This document shows positions 5,754 to 13,625 of a stretch of 27,793 bases of DNA, in pieces. The stretch lies in the IMG/VR virus record IMGVR_UViG_3300020044_010635, positions 1 through 27,793 of that record. One strand, 5' to 3'. Under the pieces are notes generated by a model. It ran no database searches, was not told the DNA's origin, and worked only from the letters and a program-made list of their open reading frames with translations. A program made the translations under genes and the position numbers. This DNA is from a virus. Lineage: Duplodnaviria; Caudoviricetes. The first letter of the stretch is position 1. Every line of letters begins with the position of its first letter.

Positions 5754-8138
5754 ATGACTCCTGCTGAGAAACTAGAATATTTGCGCATTCTGGAAGAACT
5801 TGAACGCAGAAATAAGTATCGATTGATTGACAGTTATTATCCAGACAAAGGACCTTTAAGGCGAGAGCTATACAAAAAGCATCTTGAGTTTTTCGCAGTT
5901 GGAAATGAATACGATGAAAGATTGATTCTCGCCGCGAACAGGATTGGAAAATGTATTTCAGGAGATACCAAGATAGATTCACCTTTTGGTGAAGCAAAAG
6001 AAGTCCAAAACATTAAAGGCAAACATTGGGTTTGGGCTTGGAATGGTACTGAGAAAATTCCAGTTTTAGCGGATCAACCATTTTCTAAGAACCCTGAAAT
6101 GGTTTATCGGGTTTGGCTTGAAAACGGCCAGTTTGTAGATTGCGCTGCGGAACACCGATTCCTGAGCGAATTTGGTTGGATCTTTTTATCGAGCCTTTTT
6201 TCATCCGTTCCAGCCCTTCCGCAGTCCAATTTGGACGTTTGCCTTTTCGATTCGTTCGATGCTGTTTTGCATTTTTTTGACAAACAGCCAAAATGTTCTT
6301 TCGACCTTGATTCGTCCATTGAGGGCATTTTCCTTTCAGAGAATGTTTTAGGTGCTCACTATTTGAAGAAAACACTTCAAGATTTTCCGGGCGATTGTCG
6401 TCGGGAATATCGTTTATATGATGAACAACTTCAGTCTTATCCAAATATCTCCCAAGCTTTTTTTCCATCACAAGACGATGCTCTGAAACATAGCCAGACG
6501 CTGTTGCATTCGGATGTTGTGGGTTATAGATATAAACATAGCCCTTCACCTTTCGCCTTCCCCCCTTCCAACCAGTGTGAAGGTGCCCGCTTCGTGGACC
6601 ACTTCTCTGCGTCTGCAAATTCAATTTTTTGCAATTTCGACCGACAGTATCTCGTGAGACGCCGAGGATCGATGCCGTTTTCCACTGCGTCAAACATTGA
6701 TCCTCAATCAAATCACGAAGTTTTTTTTCATCAAGATAGATCTTCTTTGGCATTAATTTCTCCCAATGGTAAGAGTAACATGATTGTATGCTACCAGCCA
6801 ATTGGAGTTCAACCAATTTGGGATTTTCATGTTCCAATTTACAATAATTATTGCACTGCCGGGATGGTTCATCACAACACCGAAGCAATCGGCGGCTATG
6901 AGCTAACTTGTCATTTAACTGGAATTTATCCTAAATGGTGGCCAGGACGAAAGTTTAACCGACCGATTGAAGCATGGGCATGTGGCAAAACTGGACAAAC
7001 TGTCAGAGATATCATTCAAAAGAAATTGCTCGGCCCTTCGAATGACATTGGCACTGGTCTTTTGAAGCCAGAATTTATATTAGACACGACTCCAAGACGT
7101 GGAGTGCCAGAATCAATCGACACGGTTAAAGTGAAGCATATTTACGGCGGTATAAGTGAATTAGGTTTTAAGTCTTATGATCAAAAACGACAGTCATTTG
7201 AAGGCACTAAAAAAGATGTTGTCTGGTTGGATGAGGAAAGTCCTCTCGACATTTACACCGAATGTTTACTTCGAACTACTGACACAAGCGGGCTTAATCT
7301 AGGCAATGGAATGATCTTATTTACTTTCACTCCTCTCTTGGGATTGAGTGAAGTTGTCCTGCAGTTTTTGCCAGGCGGTGAGATAAATGAAATCAAAAGC
7401 GGTTCAAAATGCGTGATCATGGCATCATGGGATGATGTCCCGCATTTGACTGAAGAAGTGAAAGCCAAAATGATGGCATCGATCCCTGCATTTCAAAGAG
7501 ATGCAAGATCGAAAGGCATCCCTCAACTTGGATCAGGTGCTATTTATCCAGTACCGGAATCAGATATTGTTGTCCCAGACTTTCCATTGCCTAAACATTG
7601 GCCTCGCGGTTACTCGCTAGACGTTGGTTGGAATAGAACAAGTGCAGGATTTCATGCCTATGACCGAGAAAATGACGTGATTTATCGCTATAGCGAACAT
7701 TATCGAGGGCAAGCCGAGCCATCGCTTCATGCCGAAGCTATTAAGTCTCGAGGTACTTGGTTGAAAGGTGTTTGTGATCCTGCAGCGAGAGGGAGAAGTC
7801 AGGCAGACGGCCAACAATTGCTCCAGACCTATATTGACCTAGGCCTTGATTTAGACGTGGCATTCAATGGAGTTGAGTCAGGTATTTATGAAATGTGGCA
7901 GAGACTTTCAACTGGTAGGTACAAGGTTTTTGCAAGCTGTACAAATTGGATTTCTGAATATCGGATCTATAGACGAGATGAGAAAGGTCGAGTCGTGAAA
8001 GGCAATGATCATGCTCAGGATGACGCACGGTATTATGTGATGAGTGGACTTGATAGGTTAACTCTAGAACCTCAACCAGAAAATCAACAAAGAAAATTTG
8101 TGCAGCACGGGTCCCATTCGGACGGATGGATGACATAG
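5754..8138 (+). CDS. terL: terminase large subunit (P22 gp2-like) containing an intein; 794-aa precursor, about 485 aa after splicing
   Basis: Walker A AANRIGK|T is split by the intein; Walker B VVWLDEE; coupling motif FTFTP; RNase H-like nuclease LDVGWN...NDHAQDDARY. Confidence 0.95.
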   Translation: MTPAEKLEYLRILEELERRNKYRLIDSYYPDKGPLRRELYKKHLEFFAVGNEYDERLILAANRIGKCISGDTKIDSPFGEAKEVQNIKGKHWVWAWNGTEKIPVLADQPFSKNPEMVYRVWLENGQFVDCAAEHRFLSEFGWIFLSSLFSSVPALPQSNLDVCLFDSFDAVLHFFDKQPKCSFDLDSSIEGIFLSENVLGAHYLKKTLQDFPGDCRREYRLYDEQLQSYPNISQAFFPSQDDALKHSQTLLHSDVVGYRYKHSPSPFAFPPSNQCEGARFVDHFSASANSIFCNFDRQYLVRRRGSMPFSTASNIDPQSNHEVFFHQDRSSLALISPNGKSNMIVCYQPIGVQPIWDFHVPIYNNYCTAGMVHHNTEAIGGYELTCHLTGIYPKWWPGRKFNRPIEAWACGKTGQTVRDIIQKKLLGPSNDIGTGLLKPEFILDTTPRRGVPESIDTVKVKHIYGGISELGFKSYDQKRQSFEGTKKDVVWLDEESPLDIYTECLLRTTDTSGLNLGNGMILFTFTPLLGLSEVVLQFLPGGEINEIKSGSKCVIMASWDDVPHLTEEVKAKMMASIPAFQRDARSKGIPQLGSGAIYPVPESDIVVPDFPLPKHWPRGYSLDVGWNRTSAGFHAYDRENDVIYRYSEHYRGQAEPSLHAEAIKSRGTWLKGVCDPAARGRSQADGQQLLQTYIDLGLDLDVAFNGVESGIYEMWQRLSTGRYKVFASCTNWISEYRIYRRDEKGRVVKGNDHAQDDARYYVMSGLDRLTLEPQPENQQRKFVQHGSHSDGWMT
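6085..6753 (-). CDS. HNH homing endonuclease (HTH + HNH_3-type core + basic C-terminal repeats), antisense and nested inside the intein, 222 aa
   Basis: WKGGR...GYVYIY.PQHPNA..SGYVSEHRLVMEKKLGRYL...EVVHHIN....DNRPENL; N-terminal HTH LTQWKTASILGVSRDTVGRNCKK; GGGAG SD 6 nt before ATG 6753. Confidence 0.9.
   Translation of the reverse strand: MPKKIYLDEKKLRDLIEDQCLTQWKTASILGVSRDTVGRNCKKLNLQTQRSGPRSGHLHTGWKGGRRKVKGYVYIYNPQHPNATASGYVSEHRLVMEKKLGRYLDKTEVVHHINDIPDDNRPENLEVFSSNSEHLKHSLKGKCPQWTNQGRKNILAVCQKNAKQHRTNRKGKRPNWTAEGLERMKKGSIKRSNQIRSGIGVPQRNLQTGRFQAKPDKPFQGS
6783..6812 (-). promoter_or_regulatory. candidate antisense promoter for the nested HNH gene
   Basis: Minus strand TTGAAC(6812-6807)-N18-TACAAT(6788-6783), about 30 nt upstream of the HNH ATG. 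Confidence 0.5.
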
Positions 8139-8166
8139 ATAAAACTAAATTAAACATTTATTTAAA

Positions 8167-8192
8167 ATTGATTTTATTAAAATAAAGTCAAT
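8167..8192. repeat. near-perfect palindrome just upstream of the portal start
   Basis: ATTGATTTTATT-AA-AATAAAGTCAAT, 11/12 arm match. Confidence 0.55.
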
Positions 8193-8193
8193 C

Positions 8194-10380
8194 ATGGTCA
8201 TAATGAAAGACCAATCAGAGAAAACAGAAAACCAAAAAGTAGACAAGAAGTCATCAAAAAAACGTGCTGAGGACATTATTGCGACCGCCAAAAAGCGTTT
8301 TTCGATGGCGGAAGCGGCGGAAGCTGATATTAGGCGCGATGCATACAATGATTTGACGTTTCGATCCGGTGAGCAATGGCCTGATGATGTCAGGGCTGAG
8401 AGATCGGCTGACCAAAGACCTTGCTTAACGATCAATCGCATCCCTCAGTTTGTCCGGCAAGTCACTAATGATCAGAGACAAAATCGACCTGCTATAAAAA
8501 TTCATCCAGTTGATGATGAGGCAGATGTCGAAACGGCAAAAATTTACCAAGGTTTGATCAAGCATATTGAAAGCAATTCGAATGCTGATACTGCCTATGA
8601 CACAGCGTTTGAAGGTGCAGCGGTTAAGGGCTTTGGATATTTTTATATAACGACTGATTGGGTTGATCCACACTCGTTTGATCAAGAAATTCTAGTCAAA
8701 CGTATTCGGAATTCATTTACTGTTTACATAGATCCTGCTTCAAAAGAAATTGACGGCTCTGACATGAATTGGGGTTTTATTTTTGAAAACATTTTGAAAG
8801 ATGATTTCAAAGCAGAATATCCCGAGTCAGAGTTATGCAGCTTGGACGGTTGGTCCTCAATTGGCGATGACCAACAAGATTGGATCGATGAAGAAACAAT
8901 CAGAGTCGCTCAATACTGGTATCGCGACTATAAATCTGTCAAAATTGTTTTGCTAAGCAATGGCGTGACAATTGAAAAAGCCGATCTTGACGAATTGTAT
9001 CCCGATGGATTGCCGGACGAATTAAAAATTGTAACTGAGAGAGAATCAAAAGTTCCATACATCAAATGCTGCACAATCAATGGAGTTGAGATTCTTGAGG
9101 AAATTGATTGGCCAGGGAAATATATCCCGATTGTACCCGTTTTCGGTGACGAATTAGACATTGATGGCAAAAGAATCCTTGAGGGCATTGTTCGTCATGC
9201 AAAAGATCCTCAAAGAATGCTCAACTATTGGAAAAGCACGGAGACTGAAACAATAGCATTGGCACCACGAGCGCCTTTCATTGTAGCTGAAGGTCAAATC
9301 CCGAAAGAATATGAATACATTTGGAAAACTGCCAATCGAAAAAATCATGCATATTTGCCCTACAAGCCAACAAGTATTTCAGGCCAGCCAGTAGCACCTC
9401 CTCAAAGGAATTCCTTTGAACCTGCAGTCGGTGCAATAACGAATGCGACAATGCAAGCTGCTGATGATTTGAAATCAACTACTGGCATCTATGACGCTTC
9501 ACTCGGTGGGCGTTCAAACGAAACCTCAGGCATTGCTATTCAAAGACGAAATATGCAATCCCAGACTAGCAATTTTCATTTGATTGATAATTTAAACAGG
9601 TCAATCAAACATGCCGGACGAATTATAGTTGATTTGATTCCACATATTTATGACGCTCCTAGAACTGCTGTTATCATTGGCGAAACTGGAGAAAAAGAAG
9701 TCATTCGAATCAACCAAGAATTCCAAAAGAATGGCAAGACGACTAAATACAGCTTAGGTGTTGGAAAATATGACGTCACGGTTGAGGCCGGACCTTCCTA
9801 TGCGACAAAACGCTTGGAAGCTGCAAGTTCAATGGAGCAATTAACTCGCGCCTATCCTCAAATCATGCAGGTCGCAGGTGATCTCATGGTTAAAAATATG
9901 GATTGGCCTGGAGCTTCAGAAATTGCAGAACGGCTCAAAAAAACATTGCCGCCTAATTTGTTAGACAATGCAGAAAATGGCGAAATAAATCCAGAGCAAA
10001 TCAAAGGTCAAATGGATCAAATGAATCAGACGATCCAACAGTTGACTCAAGCTTTGGAACAAGCCAATGCGGTGATTGATCAAAAGAAAATAGAAATCGA
10101 ATCAGACGAGCGCATTGCATTCGCCAAAATGGAAACTGACTTAAGAAAAGAAATGATGAAACAATCCGACGTCAATGCTTTGAATGAAGTTTATGGTCAG
10201 ATAAATGACATCAAGGCACGCTTGCAATTGCTTGATATTCACAAGCCATTCGACGCCGGAAACCCAATGATGAATCTAGATATGAATGGCTCTGGCTTTC
10301 AACAAGCTGGACTGCCTAATGGATTTAATAACCAATCTACTGGTGGAATTTCACCAGGCCAACCCATGGGAGAATTTTAG
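8194..10380 (+). CDS. portal protein (P22 gp1-like)
   Basis: GEQWP, RPCLTINRI..FVRQVTNDQRQNRP, WPGKYIPIVP, KDPQRMLNYW, ETSGIAIQRR, GKYDVTVEAGPSYATKR; C-terminal coiled coil. Confidence 0.95.
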   Translation: MVIMKDQSEKTENQKVDKKSSKKRAEDIIATAKKRFSMAEAAEADIRRDAYNDLTFRSGEQWPDDVRAERSADQRPCLTINRIPQFVRQVTNDQRQNRPAIKIHPVDDEADVETAKIYQGLIKHIESNSNADTAYDTAFEGAAVKGFGYFYITTDWVDPHSFDQEILVKRIRNSFTVYIDPASKEIDGSDMNWGFIFENILKDDFKAEYPESELCSLDGWSSIGDDQQDWIDEETIRVAQYWYRDYKSVKIVLLSNGVTIEKADLDELYPDGLPDELKIVTERESKVPYIKCCTINGVEILEEIDWPGKYIPIVPVFGDELDIDGKRILEGIVRHAKDPQRMLNYWKSTETETIALAPRAPFIVAEGQIPKEYEYIWKTANRKNHAYLPYKPTSISGQPVAPPQRNSFEPAVGAITNATMQAADDLKSTTGIYDASLGGRSNETSGIAIQRRNMQSQTSNFHLIDNLNRSIKHAGRIIVDLIPHIYDAPRTAVIIGETGEKEVIRINQEFQKNGKTTKYSLGVGKYDVTVEAGPSYATKRLEAASSMEQLTRAYPQIMQVAGDLMVKNMDWPGASEIAERLKKTLPPNLLDNAENGEINPEQIKGQMDQMNQTIQQLTQALEQANAVIDQKKIEIESDERIAFAKMETDLRKEMMKQSDVNALNEVYGQINDIKARLQLLDIHKPFDAGNPMMNLDMNGSGFQQAGLPNGFNNQSTGGISPGQPMGEF

Positions 10381-10383
10381 TCC

Positions 10384-11295
10384 ATGTCTATAACAGTCAT
10401 TTCAAATTCCGATTCTAAATCAACCGAAGCTGTGGACGGCAATCTTGCTGATTTGGCTTCAAAAAAAGAATCAGAGGATGAAATAAATGAATCCGCGTCA
10501 TCTGAAGTGGATGACGAAAACAAAGACGAATCGGAAACGTCTGAACCCGAGGAAAATGAGTCTGAAGAAAACGAAAAACATATTGAAAAACCTAAAAAGC
10601 AAGGTGGTTTCCAGCGGCGAATTAATAAGCTGAATGCGAAATTGTCGGCAAAAGAACAGGAAGCGGATTATTGGCGACAGGAGGCTGAGAAAGCCAAAGG
10701 TCAGTCGGTTCCAAATCAAAAAAAGGTCAATCAATATGACGAATCAATCAGTGCAAAACCGAAGTCGGATGATTTTGAAAGTCATGAGGAGTACATTGAC
10801 GCATTAACTGATTGGAAAATGGAAGCAAAAATATCAGACTATGAAAACAAAAAGCGAGTCGAACTTGCAAGAAATGAAGTTCAAACGAAAGTTAAAACTC
10901 ATGCCGAGCGAGTCAAAGCCTTTGTTTCAAAACATGATGATTTCCATGATTTAATGGAGGAAGTTGATGACGTCAAAGTCTCCGGTGCAGTTCAAGAAAT
11001 CATTTTAGATTCGGAAAATGGTCCCGCCCTTATGTATGAACTTGCAAAAAACAGAGACGAATTTGAGCGCATTTGCGCAATGACGCCTCTCAAAGCTGCA
11101 AAAGCACTAGGACAATTCGAAGCAAAACTCATTTCCTCAAAAGATAAAAAAGAAACAATCAAACACTCGAAGGCTCCAACTCCTCCGACGCCAATTAGAA
11201 GCCAGTCGAAAAAAGCCACGGCTAAATCGATCTATGACAGAGATATCAGTCAGGCAGAATATGAAGCGCTGAGGAGAAAACAGCTTTCAAAATAA
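10384..11295 (+). CDS. scaffolding protein
   Basis: Acidic N-terminus, FQRRINKL coiled coil, GPALMYELAKN, C-terminal EYEALRRKQ; located between portal and coat. Confidence 0.85.
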   Translation: MSITVISNSDSKSTEAVDGNLADLASKKESEDEINESASSEVDDENKDESETSEPEENESEENEKHIEKPKKQGGFQRRINKLNAKLSAKEQEADYWRQEAEKAKGQSVPNQKKVNQYDESISAKPKSDDFESHEEYIDALTDWKMEAKISDYENKKRVELARNEVQTKVKTHAERVKAFVSKHDDFHDLMEEVDDVKVSGAVQEIILDSENGPALMYELAKNRDEFERICAMTPLKAAKALGQFEAKLISSKDKKETIKHSKAPTPPTPIRSQSKKATAKSIYDRDISQAEYEALRRKQLSK

Positions 11296-11309
11296 ATTAG
11301 GAGTTCAAA

Positions 11310-12554
11310 ATGTCAAATTCATTGCTCACAGATGACATCATCACAAAAGAAACCATGATGTCTTTGAAAAATCAGTTAGTATTTACCAAAAGCTGCAACA
11401 TGCAGTACAGCGACAATTTTGCCCAAACAGGTGCAAAAAAAGGTGCCACAATTAACGTGCGAAAACCAACACGCTATGAAGTGACTGAAGGTGCATCACT
11501 TACCATTCAAGATAGCCAAGACCAATCCGAAGCTTTGACACTTGATAAACATTATCATGTCGGCATGGCTTTCTCAGAAAAAGATAGAACCCTTTCAATC
11601 GATAGATTTAGAGAAAGATATATTGAACCTGCTACTATTGCATTGGCCAATAAAATTGATTCTCAGTTTTTTACCGATATGTATTCTCAAGTTTTTAGTG
11701 CAGTTGGTGTCCCAAGTGCTAGTGCATTTCCTTCGACTCTTAAAGGTTTTACAAATGCAAAAGCGGTTTGTGCAAGTCTTGGCGCTCCAAAAGGTATTTA
11801 CAATGCGATTGTAGATCCATTGGTTGAAGCATCTCTAGTCAATGGTCTTAGTGGGTTGTTCCAATCATCCGAAAAGATTGCAAAGCAATATGAGGATGGA
11901 GTGATGGGATTGGCCGCTGGGTGCAAATTCATGATGAGCCAAAACGTGCCAAAGCACACTAGCGGAAACGTCGCTGGGACTGCAGCAATTGACACGACTG
12001 TCAGTGCCAATGGAACTGCGACTCTCCACATCGATGGACTGACTGGTGTTATTGCGACAGTTTACAAAAAAGGTGACGTCATCACTATTGCTACAGTCTA
12101 TGCAGTGAACCCACAAACCAAAGTCAGCACTGGTCAACTCAAGCAATTTGTTGTCACCGCTGATACTGGGACTTCAACTTCCGGTGAGATTGCATCTTTG
12201 CCAATTTCCCCAGCCATTTATTTGTCTGGACCTTTGCAAAACGTGGATTCTGCACCTGCTGACGGTGATGCAGTAACTTTGTTCGGTCACGCAACATCAT
12301 ATGCTGGTGTCGTGGCACCTCAAAACATGGTTTTCCATAAAGATGCTTTCGTTTTTGGATCTGCTGACTTTGAACTTCCGAGTGAAGGAGTTAAAGCAAG
12401 CCGAGCCGTTGACAAAGATGCAGGATTGTCACTCACAATGACTTCTCAATTTGACATTGTGAATTATAGAAATATCACTCGACTGGACTTTTTAGGCGGA
12501 TGGAAATGCGTCTATCCTGAATTGGCTTGTCGTGTTGTCGGTCAACCTGCTTAG
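11310..12554 (+). CDS. major capsid protein (P22 gp5-like)
   Basis: MSNSLLT..IIT, GATINVRKP, LANKID, NMVFHKDAF, RLDFLGG...YPELACR; AGGAG RBS; followed by a terminator. Confidence 0.95.
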   Translation: MSNSLLTDDIITKETMMSLKNQLVFTKSCNMQYSDNFAQTGAKKGATINVRKPTRYEVTEGASLTIQDSQDQSEALTLDKHYHVGMAFSEKDRTLSIDRFRERYIEPATIALANKIDSQFFTDMYSQVFSAVGVPSASAFPSTLKGFTNAKAVCASLGAPKGIYNAIVDPLVEASLVNGLSGLFQSSEKIAKQYEDGVMGLAAGCKFMMSQNVPKHTSGNVAGTAAIDTTVSANGTATLHIDGLTGVIATVYKKGDVITIATVYAVNPQTKVSTGQLKQFVVTADTGTSTSGEIASLPISPAIYLSGPLQNVDSAPADGDAVTLFGHATSYAGVVAPQNMVFHKDAFVFGSADFELPSEGVKASRAVDKDAGLSLTMTSQFDIVNYRNITRLDFLGGWKCVYPELACRVVGQPA

Positions 12555-12559
12555 TCAAA

Positions 12560-12592
12560 AAAAGCGACTCGCTTTCTTAGTGAGTCGCTTTT
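12560..12592 (+). terminator. rho-independent terminator, possibly bidirectional
   Basis: AAAAGCGACTCGCT-ttctt-AGTGAGTCGCTTTT directly after the coat stop. Confidence 0.85.
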
Positions 12593-12630
12593 GAATAGTA
12601 CGTTAAAAAATTTAAACAGGAGTTTATAAA

Positions 12631-12936
12631 ATGAATACAGCTACAACTTCAAACGAAACACAAACGCCAAAAAGTGCTGACGGTTATGCAGTCGGCCAAT
12701 CATCTAGTGATTTAGTCGGGTTTTATGGTGCAACACCTATTGCTCAACCGAGTGGATCAGCGCAAGCCGCGGTCACAGATGCTAGTGGAGGCACTGCTGC
12801 ACCTACAAATGGAATTCTGACTCTCACAGGCACCTATAACAGTGCGATCTTAGGAAATGCAATTGCGACATTAGCAGCACAAGGAAATGCATTGAGAAAT
12901 GCGCTTGTGAGCCTTGGCATTCTTGCAGGATCTTAA
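12631..12936 (+). CDS. small virion protein (head decoration/fibre-like)
   Basis: AGGAG RBS; VGFYGATPIAQP and C-terminal NALRNALVSLGI; Ala/Thr/Gly rich. Confidence 0.65.
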   Translation: MNTATTSNETQTPKSADGYAVGQSSSDLVGFYGATPIAQPSGSAQAAVTDASGGTAAPTNGILTLTGTYNSAILGNAIATLAAQGNALRNALVSLGILAGS

Positions 12937-12941
12937 GACTT

Positions 12942-13625
12942 ATGAAAATATTGGTGTCCATTCCAACTTATGACGGAAAACTTCAAACGGAAGTCGTTAG
13001 ATGCTTGTTAAACGAGCAGCTTTTAGCCGTTCAAAATGGAGTGGACATTCAATTTCGGTTTTTATCAAATTGTAGTCATGCGGCGATGGGAAGAAATCAA
13101 TTGGCATCTGATTTTATGAATTCCGATTGCGATAAAATGTTTTTTCTCGATTCAGATATCAGTTTTGAACCTGGATCTATTGTGAAACTCTCTCTTTTCA
13201 ATGTGGATATCGTGGGTGGCGCTTATCGCTACAAGTTTGAAGCTGAGAATTATCCGATTGGGTGGCTTGATAAAAAAGAATTGTGGTCCAATGACAAGGG
13301 ATTAATCGAAGTCAAAAGTCTGCCTGGTGGATTTTTATGTATATCAAGAAAAGTATTTGAAGCATTTCAAGAGGCATTTCCAACCAGAGGTTATGCTCAT
13401 TTCGGTAAAGAGTCGTTTGGATATTTCCAAATGCGCTTTGAGGATGGAATGCTTTGGGGAGAAGATAGTTATTTTTGCAAAGAATGGGCAGACCTTGGCG
13501 GTAAAGTTTATTTGTATCCAGAAATAGAATTAACTCACTGGGATTTTAATAGACCTTTTAAAGGTCACATTGGAAATTGGTTGAGAGCCAGAAATGAGGA
13601 GTCATGTCCACAGTCAGTGATTTAA
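12942..13625 (+). CDS. GT-A fold glycosyltransferase-like protein
   Basis: ILVSIPTY, GRNQLA..F, FFLDSDI (DxD), GGFLCISRKVFE, GEDSYFC..W...GGKV. Confidence 0.85.
   Translation: MKILVSIPTYDGKLQTEVVRCLLNEQLLAVQNGVDIQFRFLSNCSHAAMGRNQLASDFMNSDCDKMFFLDSDISFEPGSIVKLSLFNVDIVGGAYRYKFEAENYPIGWLDKKELWSNDKGLIEVKSLPGGFLCISRKVFEAFQEAFPTRGYAHFGKESFGYFQMRFEDGMLWGEDSYFCKEWADLGGKVYLYPEIELTHWDFNRPFKGHIGNWLRARNEESCPQSVI

Larger units (their letters stand above)
5952..6878 (+). mobile_element. class 1 intein, 309 aa (Cys67-Asn375 of the TerL precursor, +1 residue Thr)
   Basis: Block A CISGDTKIDSPFG; block B VWLENGQFVDCAAEHRFL; block F IWDFHVPIYNNY; block G GMVHHN/T. Removing it restores GK-T in the P-loop. Confidence 0.93.

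Noticed and set aside
5952-6878. Group I intron or assembly artefact as the explanation for the terL insertion
   Set aside because: The insertion is in frame, stop-free and bounded by Cys and His-Asn/Thr with all intein blocks present, which fits protein splicing. Read-level confirmation is still advisable.
6754-6888. Longer 267-aa version of the antisense HNH ORF given in the track
   Set aside because: The first 45 codons are the antisense of intein blocks F and G. The SD and candidate promoter point to ATG 6753.
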